In this document: positions 7,083 to 13,959 of the stretch, piece by piece
Position numbering within the stretch: the first letter of the stretch is position 1
How the letters are laid out: every line of letters starts with the position of its first letter
IMG/VR virus record: IMGVR_UViG_3300005882_000006
Reading direction: 5' to 3' (one strand)
DNA: 37,745 bases
Source of the DNA: a virus
Program-made: the position numbers and the translations under genes
The notes under the pieces: generated by a model
Databases searched by the model: none
Told to the model about the DNA's origin: nothing
The model's input: only the letters and a program-made list of their open reading frames with translations

Positions 7083-8445
7083 GATGGCATCTCCATTTTT
7101 TCTTGAGGGTTATATTGAGCAGTTTCACGCACTGCACCGCGTATATTATCTGCGCTTAAATCAGCCATATGCTTAACCATTTGATTCATCATATGTTGCG
7201 CTTGATGTTCTTTGCGTTTGATATTCTGCACTACGGCGCCTTCTAATTCGCTCGCCACAAAATGCGCGTAAACTTCTTTAGTTTGCCCGAAACGGTAAAA
7301 TCTACGTATGGCCTGATATATCTGCTCAAAACTATCATTTAAACCGACAAATACTGTATTGTTGCAGTGCTGCCAATTCATACCAAACCCGCAAATAGAA
7401 GGCTTAGTGACTAGCTTTGTAATATTGCCTTTTGCAAAATCTTCTAAAATCTGCTCTTTCTTGTGGTCAGGCATTGAACCAGAAACTTCTACAGCTCCAT
7501 CGATTCTATCGGCAAGCATTGCACTTTCATCATTAAGATTGCACCACAAAACCCAAACTTCATTAGGATTGTCATTAACAATCTCAACTGCCTTATTAAC
7601 TCTATCTTCAATAGTTGCCCTGCGGGCTGATAAACGCTCGCTCATGCTTTGAGCTTCTAGCGGGAATAATAAACCAGTATCCACATTTGCTTTATATTCT
7701 GCACCTACTGTGTGTTGTATTTGATGTAATTTAGGAAGGATATATTTTGAGCCATCATATCCCAAATCAGCAGGGCTTTGATACATAACAGACCACGAAG
7801 CCATCCATTTCCAAAATTCACTCTCAGCATGGCCTTTTAAACGCCAATCTTGCGTCTTTGCAGCGTCATGTACAAAGAAAGTAGAAAGCATGTCTGTATA
7901 GCTCATAATACCGCAGAATTGAGAATGATTGCCCAGCTCCATATAATCGTTGGGGCTAGGGGTTGCCGTTGCTGCAAGCCTATAGGGTATTTGTGAGCAG
8001 CTCTCTATAAGTCGCGTTCTAAAATGGCCTGAGTGATTTTTTAAAATACTACTCTCATCTAATACAACCCCACCATATTTTGACAAATCAAAATGCTCTA
8101 TTTTTTGATAGTTGGTAATCTGTATAGGGTGGTCACATCCATCATTAACATGAATAGCATCTATCCCGAATTTTTCAGCTTCTCTTTGCATTTGAGCGGC
8201 AACCGCTAATGGTGTAAATATTAGAACTGGTTTTTTTCTGCTTCAAATAATTCATTCGCCCACGATAATTCCTTAATAGATTTACCCAAGCCAGTACCAG
8301 CAAATATGGCAGCTCTACCTCGTTTACAAGCCCACGATATAATGTCGCGTTGAAAATCAAACGCATCATCCGTAATACCAGAAGCAGAAAAACCAACTGG
8401 CGGAGCTGTTTTAGATTTCTTGTTTAAAAATAAATTATAATCCAT
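7073..8445 (-). CDS. SNF2-family helicase, interrupted: needs a -1 shift at A_AAA_AAC (plus-strand T7 run 8231..8237)
   Basis: The N-terminal ORF (ATG 8445, AAAGGAAAG SD) carries motif I, FAGTGLGKS, and stops at 8221. The -1 frame continues KKPVLIFTPLAVAAQMQREAEKFG and then LDESSILKN (motif II), LAATATPSPN (III) and QAIRRFYRFGQ (VI). Confidence 0.8.
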
Positions 8446-8481
8446 CTTCTTTCCTTTCGTTACTAATATAGTTATTAACAA

Positions 8482-8572
8482 AGTAAATCAATGTCAACTA
8501 AATTTTTTTATTTTTTTCTGTTTACAGCGTAAAATAAATTTGATAAGTTTATTTTAACGAAAGGGGAATGAA
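8482..8572. promoter_or_regulatory. Divergent early control region
   Basis: The plus strand has TTTACA (8521-8526), N17 with TG, and TAAGTT (8544-8549) ahead of the 8573 gene. The minus strand has a perfect TTGACA (8492-8497) ahead of the helicase but no good -10. The region is AT-rich with T-runs. Confidence 0.35.
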
Positions 8573-8839
8573 ATGATTTATGAAGTATATGTAACAGGCA
8601 CAACAAAAGTTATAGCAGATGCCTACAATAGAGAAGAGGCTATAAATAAAGCTCAAGAGTATTGCGATGATTACTGTTTAGGTGGTGAAGCGATGGTTTT
8701 GGAGTGTGAGCTAGTTATCAGTGATGACGATAAGGAAACAAGTGAAGATATTATGTTTTACCCTACATGGGATGAAAACGAAGTATCTGACTATGGTCAA
8801 CACTGCGTATGGAATAAAACACAAACAGGGTGTAAATAA
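8573..8839 (+). CDS. Highly acidic early protein (88 aa), first gene of the rightward operon
   Basis: Track ORF with AAAGGGGA SD. It has 20 Asp/Glu against 6 Lys/Arg. Confidence 0.6.
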   Translation: MIYEVYVTGTTKVIADAYNREEAINKAQEYCDDYCLGGEAMVLECELVISDDDKETSEDIMFYPTWDENEVSDYGQHCVWNKTQTGCK

Positions 8840-9042
8840 TGAACTACGATAAAATAAGAGAAGCTCTGGATATAGCTGAGCAAAAAATATTATCAGTATC
8901 TAAGATGTTACCAGAAGATGAGGTTAATATGGCGCTTGATGGGATTTATTATATGCGCCGCTCAATGCTTATTGAAAGCGCGTCATGTATAAATGAGTTG
9001 CCAGAACCGAATATAACTAAAGTAGTGAGGGCTGTATTATGA
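8839..9042 (+). CDS. Hypothetical protein (67 aa)
   Basis: Track ORF with a TAATG overlap with the upstream gene. Confidence 0.5.
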   Translation: MNYDKIREALDIAEQKILSVSKMLPEDEVNMALDGIYYMRRSMLIESASCINELPEPNITKVVRAVL

Positions 9043-9081
9043 CACAAGAAGCAGAATGGTACGAAAAAATGGAGCTAAGTA

Positions 9082-9222
9082 ATGATTAAGCTATACAGTA
9101 TTAAAGACGCGAGACCAGAAGGTGATGCTGAAGAATGGGGAGAATACTTCATTCATTTGCTGAGTAAACGTGAAAACACAGTAACAGCGCGTGAGATGAT
9201 ACGCAGGGAGACTATGAAATGA
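9082..9222 (+). CDS. Small ORF, 46 aa (MIKLYSIKDARPEGDAEEWGEYF...), not in track
   Basis: GGAG SD lies 7 nt upstream. The stop overlaps the ATG of the 9219 ORF (ATGA-type coupling). Confidence 0.4.
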   Translation: MIKLYSIKDARPEGDAEEWGEYFIHLLSKRENTVTAREMIRRETMK

Positions 9223-9425
9223 TTAATTTTAAAGAGAAGTGGATAGCCAAAAGAATACACGTCTACGCTATGAGGAGTTTTAATTATGCTGAGTGTGTAG
9301 ATGCGGCTCAATTCGATTGGGACTGGCAACACGGAGAAGCTAGAAAGCGATTAGATAAATGCTTTCCAGAATGTGCGCCACTGGCGATTTTAGCAGGTAT
9401 AAATTTCGGTGGTATTAATGACTAG
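9219..9425 (+). CDS. Hypothetical protein (68 aa)
   Basis: Track ORF, coupled to its neighbours on both sides. Confidence 0.5.
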   Translation: MINFKEKWIAKRIHVYAMRSFNYAECVDAAQFDWDWQHGEARKRLDKCFPECAPLAILAGINFGGIND

Positions 9426-9528
9426 AGAAGAAATGAAAACACTAGTAAGTGATTTAACAATAGAAGAGCTTAATTTATTAGGCTTTGAAATTGGCGTTGA
9501 ATTAATGGAAAGAGAAGGAAGATTATAA
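9418..9528 (+). CDS. Small ORF, 36 aa (MTREEMKTLVSDLTIEELNLLGFEIG...), not in track
   Basis: The start overlaps the end of the upstream ORF. The stop TAA shares its last A with the ATG at 9528. Confidence 0.35.
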   Translation: MTREEMKTLVSDLTIEELNLLGFEIGVELMEREGRL

Positions 9529-10436
9529 TGGATTTACAAAATAAAAGGCACTGGGACGCGTTGTGCATGACAGACCCAAAATATACGAAGGAATTTAAGA
9601 GGTCTGGCGGGTTTACAGGTACATCACAAAACCCAACTTACGCGGTAATGAAAATGACTGAACACTTCGGGCCAGTAGGTTTGGGTTGGGGTATGGAAAA
9701 GCCTGAATATGAATACATAAACGCATTTGAAGGGCAGGTTCTAGTGTATTGTAGTGTTGCTGTCTGGTATAAGGATGGAGATGAAAAAGCCTACGCTTAT
9801 GGCGAAGGTGGTGATGTGGCGGTAGGTAAAAATAAATATGGCCTATTTATTGACGATGAAGCCAGAAAAAAATCTTATACTGACGCACTTGGGAATGCTT
9901 TTAAATTTATAGGTAACGCTGCAGACCTGTATCTTGGCTTGTATGATGATAGCAAATATGTCAACAGCATGAAGGAAAGGTTTAAAGGCTCAGAAAAGCC
10001 ATTAGAATTAAACGATACTCAAGATAAAAAACTAAGAGATTTTAATTTCTTGCTAGGCTCATTAAAAGACCCTGTAGATATAAATTCATTAAATGATGAA
10101 TATGCAGATTTCATAAGGGACTTGCCAGAAAAAAAACAAGAGGAAGTGAATGAAAGTTTAATTCTGGCACGCAGCAGGGGCAAGGCAATTGTGGGAAATA
10201 CCTATCACTTTAAAAATGTTGAACACGCAAGGGCTTTCTACCAGAGTATGATAAAAAAAATTCCCGCGTCATCAGACATTAAGTCCATGAATGAATATAT
10301 GTCTAGATGGGAGGGTAAGTTTAAGGCTCTCGACAGGTCTTTAGCTAAAAAAGATGAGGTGGATGGCATGAAGCCTTACGAGTATATAATGAAACTTTAC
10401 AAGGAAAAAATAGGACAAGTTAATGCAGATAAATAA
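9528..10436 (+). CDS. Rad52/Sak-like single-strand annealing protein
   Basis: The segment GEGGD...DDEARKKSYTDALGNAFKFIGNAADLYLG resembles the Rad52/Sak family core. It lies in a module with SSB, RusA and a NinB-like gene. Confidence 0.55.
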   Translation: MDLQNKRHWDALCMTDPKYTKEFKRSGGFTGTSQNPTYAVMKMTEHFGPVGLGWGMEKPEYEYINAFEGQVLVYCSVAVWYKDGDEKAYAYGEGGDVAVGKNKYGLFIDDEARKKSYTDALGNAFKFIGNAADLYLGLYDDSKYVNSMKERFKGSEKPLELNDTQDKKLRDFNFLLGSLKDPVDINSLNDEYADFIRDLPEKKQEEVNESLILARSRGKAIVGNTYHFKNVEHARAFYQSMIKKIPASSDIKSMNEYMSRWEGKFKALDRSLAKKDEVDGMKPYEYIMKLYKEKIGQVNADK

Positions 10437-10641
10437 AATAAAGTGGCACGAGTTGCCACGAGGAAAGAATATTCATTTCTTTACAGGCACTCAAGAGGAC
10501 TGGACTAAGAAACTCGAAGAAAATAGCTCAGCTTTTAAGTTAGCTAAGTTAGCAGGGGTTAAAGTTTTAAGAGCTTATAATAAGAATGTGGCAAAAGGTT
10601 ATTCAACAGTTCGCCAGTTTAATTTTTACTTTCAAAGATAG
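10423..10641 (+). CDS. Hypothetical protein (72 aa)
   Basis: Track ORF; overlaps the end of the upstream gene by 14 nt. Confidence 0.45.
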   Translation: MQINKIKWHELPRGKNIHFFTGTQEDWTKKLEENSSAFKLAKLAGVKVLRAYNKNVAKGYSTVRQFNFYFQR

Positions 10642-10652
10642 GAGATAGAGTA

Positions 10653-11096
10653 ATGTCAGTTAATAAGGTAATTTTAGTGGGTAACATAGGCACAGACCCA
10701 GAGATTAGGGTTATGCAGTCAGGCGATGAGGTTGCGAACTTCTCACTAGCCACATCTCAAAGCTGGAAAGACAAGCAAACAGGTGAGCGTAAAGAAAAGA
10801 CAGAATGGCATAAAGTCGTCGTCTTCGGCGGTGTTGTTAAGGTGGTTAAGAACTACCTTAAAAAAGGCTCTAAAGTTTATATTGAGGGGCAACTTGAAAC
10901 ACGCTCATGGGAGCAGGACGGGCAAAAGAGATACGCAACCGAGGTTGTTTTACGTGGGTTCAACTCAAGCCTTGTTATGCTGGATGGTAAGAAAGAGGAA
11001 GCTAAGCAAGCTACAGACGCTTATGCTCCTGCTTCTGGTGGTGGGTTAGAGGATGAAATCCCATTTATGCGACACAATGACTTTGTAGGAGGTTAG
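10653..11096 (+). CDS. ssb: Single-stranded DNA-binding protein
   Basis: The OB-fold N-terminus is MSVNKVILVGNIGTDPEIR...TEWHKVVVFG. An acidic DEIPF motif sits near the C-terminus but is followed by 9 extra residues. Confidence 0.9.
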   Translation: MSVNKVILVGNIGTDPEIRVMQSGDEVANFSLATSQSWKDKQTGERKEKTEWHKVVVFGGVVKVVKNYLKKGSKVYIEGQLETRSWEQDGQKRYATEVVLRGFNSSLVMLDGKKEEAKQATDAYAPASGGGLEDEIPFMRHNDFVGG

Positions 11097-11097
11097 G

Positions 11098-11514
11098 ATG
11101 AAAATTAAATTAAAAATAGAAAAAGAATATGATGTTAAAAAGCTGGCTGCCAGTGTAGAGGTCAGGTACTGGGAGGACGCTTCTGTGGATGGTGTAGAAG
11201 ATACAAGTGGTGATTTAATTCCGTGCAGAAATGGTGATTGTTTTGAGCCTATTATATGCTTGTATAGCGGAATCATTTTAAATTGGGAACGTGGTAAGGA
11301 TGCAGAGATACATTATAAAGTCTGCGACGCTGGGGAATATATTCTTCTTGATGACGAAGATAACGAGGTTATTAAAATTGATGGATATGTCATTGACATG
11401 ATGTGCCCAGAAGGCGGCGGGTATGGTGATTACGTTATAATGAATGTTGGTAAAGAAGGGGATATTCAAAATTGGAAGGTATCTTTTGATGAATTTACTG
11501 ATACCGAAGACTGA
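11098..11514 (+). CDS. Acidic hypothetical protein (138 aa)
   Basis: Track ORF with GGAGG SD inside the ssb 3' end. Confidence 0.55.
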   Translation: MKIKLKIEKEYDVKKLAASVEVRYWEDASVDGVEDTSGDLIPCRNGDCFEPIICLYSGIILNWERGKDAEIHYKVCDAGEYILLDDEDNEVIKIDGYVIDMMCPEGGGYGDYVIMNVGKEGDIQNWKVSFDEFTDTED

Positions 11515-11836
11515 ATATATACGCGATAAAAAGCACTTAAAGTTTGTAGCATCTCTTCCTTGTATATTGTGTATGAGGAAAGATGTTCAAGCAGCGCATA
11601 TTCGGTCAGGTAATGGTGCAGGTATGGGGCTAAAATCTGGAGATAACTTTACAGTCCCACTCTGCATATCATGCCACAAGCACCAACATAATGTTGGGAA
11701 TGAGAAGTCGTTCTGGCGTTCGTTTGGTGGTATTGATAAAGCTTCGGCGACAGCTAATGAGCTGTATAAGCATAGCGGAGATATACCAGAGGGATTATTG
11801 ATAGTAGGTAAGTTTTACAATGATTATAAAAGATGA
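11489..11836 (+). CDS. Cys/His-rich HNH-like (DUF968-type) nuclease-associated protein
   Basis: The motif LPCILCMRKDVQAAHIRSG...VPLCISCHKHQH is present. The start was moved to the ATG at 11489 behind GGAAGG. Confidence 0.45.
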   Translation: MNLLIPKTEYIRDKKHLKFVASLPCILCMRKDVQAAHIRSGNGAGMGLKSGDNFTVPLCISCHKHQHNVGNEKSFWRSFGGIDKASATANELYKHSGDIPEGLLIVGKFYNDYKR

Positions 11837-12233
11837 GCAATCAAGATTAAAAGCTATTGAGCTTATAATGAATTGCAAAATTCCTGCGACCATATCTATC
11901 ACGGATGGTCAATCTAGGAGTTCATTACAAAATGCCCAACAGTGGCGTTGGTGTCAGCTTATCGCAAAGCAAAAGGGCGATGAAACACCATGGGATATTC
12001 AGGCGTATAATAAGCTTCATATTGGAGTGCCCATCATGCGTGAGGTCGATTGGTTTCGTGAGAAGTATGATGTAATCATTAAGCCGCTTGAGTATGAAAA
12101 GAAACTAAATCTTATGAGTGGTGACATGTTTCCCGTAACAAGACTTATGAGTAAAGAACAAAAATCAAGATACCTAGACGAGGTTGCTCGTTACTGGTCA
12201 GGAAAAGGGTTTTATTTAGAGGGGAGAATATGA
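11820..12233 (+). CDS. NinB/Orf-like recombination mediator
   Basis: The segment RSSLQNAQQWRWCQLIA parallels the lambda NinB segment RSLDQNRKLWACLGDVS. Size and context fit. Confidence 0.4.
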   Translation: MIIKDEQSRLKAIELIMNCKIPATISITDGQSRSSLQNAQQWRWCQLIAKQKGDETPWDIQAYNKLHIGVPIMREVDWFREKYDVIIKPLEYEKKLNLMSGDMFPVTRLMSKEQKSRYLDEVARYWSGKGFYLEGRI

Positions 12234-12442
12234 ACAATTCCATTGAAGGACGACAAAAAATAAAAGAAGAAACGCTTGGGTATATTAAGCAGTATAAAAA
12301 AGACTATGGTTACTACCCTAGTTTTGCCCAAATAGGCAAGCACTTTAATATCAGCAGGGTTGCAGGGCGCAATAGGGTGCTGAGATTAAAAAATGAATTA
12401 AAAAACATTTATGCGTATAAAAGTACTTTACAAAGTAAATAA
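12230..12442 (+). CDS. Small winged-helix/LexA-N-like DNA-binding protein (70 aa)
   Basis: The segment GYYPSFAQIGKHFNISRVAGRNRVLRLK is HTH-like. ATGA overlap with the upstream gene. Confidence 0.4.
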   Translation: MNNSIEGRQKIKEETLGYIKQYKKDYGYYPSFAQIGKHFNISRVAGRNRVLRLKNELKNIYAYKSTLQSK

Positions 12443-12478
12443 ATTGATATAGGGTATAATTAATAAAGGGGATATAAA

Positions 12479-12643
12479 ATGATTGTTTGCAGTTTTGATG
12501 GTCTTGAGTTTTACAAAGGTTATCTTGGTGCAAATGATTTATCGCTCAAAGATATTAAATATCGAGTAGCTATATCCCTTGGTCTTAAACCGAATCAAAT
12601 AAGGGTACGCTATGTTAACATTACACACACTACCAAAGACTGA
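12479..12643 (+). CDS. Small ORF, 54 aa (MIVCSFDGLEFYKGYLGANDL...), not in track
   Basis: AAAGGGGA SD lies upstream and a perfect TATAAT hexamer sits at 12455-12460. Confidence 0.35.
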   Translation: MIVCSFDGLEFYKGYLGANDLSLKDIKYRVAISLGLKPNQIRVRYVNITHTTKD

Positions 12644-12710
12644 GTACGATTTAACCAAAGAGGAGCTAATCGAAGCTATTCGTGAATGCTCATTATCAAC
12701 TGTTCACTGA
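12612..12710 (+). CDS. Small ORF, 32 aa (MLTLHTLPKTEYDLTKEELIEAIRE...), not in track
   Basis: It overlaps the previous small ORF and ends 7 nt before the next ATG. Support is weak. Confidence 0.2.
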   Translation: MLTLHTLPKTEYDLTKEELIEAIRECSLSTVH

Positions 12711-12717
12711 GGTTATT

Positions 12718-12939
12718 ATGGATGTCAGAGAATGCCAGCGAAACAGTGCAACAGCCCTCAGAACAAGAGTTAAAGTTATGGCGCATCAGGTTGTGGCGAT
12801 TTGTCAGGATTTAGAAATTGAGGAAAGTGGCGCTAATATAGCACTTTTAAAAGAATGTATCTCAGAAATGCTCATTTTTGCTGCTGAATACAACGCATAC
12901 AGAAACAGTTCAAGGATGTTTAAAGATGAACGAACATAA
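12718..12939 (+). CDS. Hypothetical protein (73 aa; start moved from GTG 12682 to ATG 12718)
   Basis: GAGG SD lies upstream of the ATG at 12718. Confidence 0.45.
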   Translation: MDVRECQRNSATALRTRVKVMAHQVVAICQDLEIEESGANIALLKECISEMLIFAAEYNAYRNSSRMFKDERT

Positions 12940-13132
12940 CCAAGCACTAATCTTTGTAACAGCCCTACTTATATTCGGTATAGCCTTTCTGGTGATAGCC
13001 ATTAAGGAAAGCCAGCCAATAGCATTAGGCACAGAATGCCGTAGTGGGCTTAAGCAGGATACATTATACGCAGGACGAATTGATTGTGCTGCGGTTGGAT
13101 TAAGTAACATAGAGCCAGCAGGAGGTGAGTAG
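12926..13132 (+). CDS. Small single-pass membrane protein (68 aa)
   Basis: The product MNEHNQALIFVTALLIFGIAFLVIAIKESQ... has one N-terminal TM helix and two Cys in the tail. AAGGA SD; start moved to the internal ATG. Confidence 0.5.
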   Translation: MNEHNQALIFVTALLIFGIAFLVIAIKESQPIALGTECRSGLKQDTLYAGRIDCAAVGLSNIEPAGGE

Positions 13133-13134
13133 AT

Positions 13135-13293
13135 ATGGACTACAAAGTTTTAATACTGCTTTGCGTAATGATTATTAGCTATGCAGGATGTACTGCTTAC
13201 ATAGAAGGGGCAGATAGTTTGTCAAAAAATTTGAATTGCACATTAAATCTAAAAATAGACGATAAGGAGCAGCAAAATGACAATGCCAGATAA
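13135..13293 (+). CDS. Small lipoprotein, 52 aa, not in track
   Basis: The product MDYKVLILLCVMIISYAGC-TAYIEG... has a signal peptide with an A-G-C lipobox-like cleavage site. AGGAGG SD; the ORF begins 2 nt after the membrane-protein stop. Confidence 0.5.
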   Translation: MDYKVLILLCVMIISYAGCTAYIEGADSLSKNLNCTLNLKIDDKEQQNDNAR

Positions 13294-13708
13294 GATATAC
13301 GCAGGGACAACCCTTAATCAAAAAACTTGTGGCAGTTGGTTTGAAGAGCCATCTATGGGTTACAGAGAACCAGAAACACCCTACACCCGCACCGACCTAT
13401 ACGAAGCCAAGCAAGCCGAACGTGACTCTCTTAAATCTGAAAACACACGCCTTCGTGAGCGCTTAGAAATGGGCTACGCCTACACACTGGACGGTGAAAA
13501 GGTAGAGTGCGAAATAAGCGAAAGCACAGATGGGATTGCCTGCCGTGATGCCACTATAAAGCTTTTAGAGCGTGAGATTAAAAAGATTAAAGCACAAGCA
13601 GATGCGCTGTGTGATGCTTTAACACATATCTTGCTAGTTCATAGTGATACAGCCGAGGAGTTTGCGCAACAAGCAATAGACAACTACAAACATAAAGAGA
13701 AGGAGTGA
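13277..13708 (+). CDS. Hypothetical coiled-coil protein (143 aa)
   Basis: Track ORF. Confidence 0.5.
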   Translation: MTMPDKIYAGTTLNQKTCGSWFEEPSMGYREPETPYTRTDLYEAKQAERDSLKSENTRLRERLEMGYAYTLDGEKVECEISESTDGIACRDATIKLLEREIKKIKAQADALCDALTHILLVHSDTAEEFAQQAIDNYKHKEKE

Positions 13709-13712
13709 AACT

Positions 13713-13838
13713 ATGTTTACAGAAGAACAAATAGAAATTGCAAAATCATACGAGGAAAGAGCATTTGCAGCGCTCAATAATCCAGAAGAATTTGAGCGTA
13801 TTATGGCCGAATTTGAGGAAGTTAAGGCAAGCTGGTAA
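13713..13838 (+). CDS. Small ORF, 41 aa (MFTEEQIEIAKSYEERAF...), not in track
   Basis: AAGGAG SD lies upstream. Two GC-rich hairpins follow (13842-13857 and 13861-13900). Confidence 0.35.
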   Translation: MFTEEQIEIAKSYEERAFAALNNPEEFERIMAEFEEVKASW

Positions 13839-13898
13839 GCAATTCCCTAACGGGAATAGTGGGGCGGTGAGGAAACTCATAGAGTAAGTACGGCCGCC

Positions 13899-13959
13899 CC
13901 GCGATTGATGATATTAAAAGATGTCTTGATAAACTTATGGAGGAGCTAAATGAAAACTA
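13899..13959 (+). repeat. 61-bp perfect direct repeat, left copy (cassette boundary)
   Basis: Identical to 16988..17048. It contains a gene 3' end remnant, a GGAGGAG SD and ATGAAAACTA. Confidence 0.95.

Noticed and set aside
8175-8396. 73-aa minus-strand ORF spanning the helicase junction
   Set aside because: It is the third frame over the helicase N-terminus, with no SD and a non-protein-like sequence. The helicase motifs occupy the other two frames.
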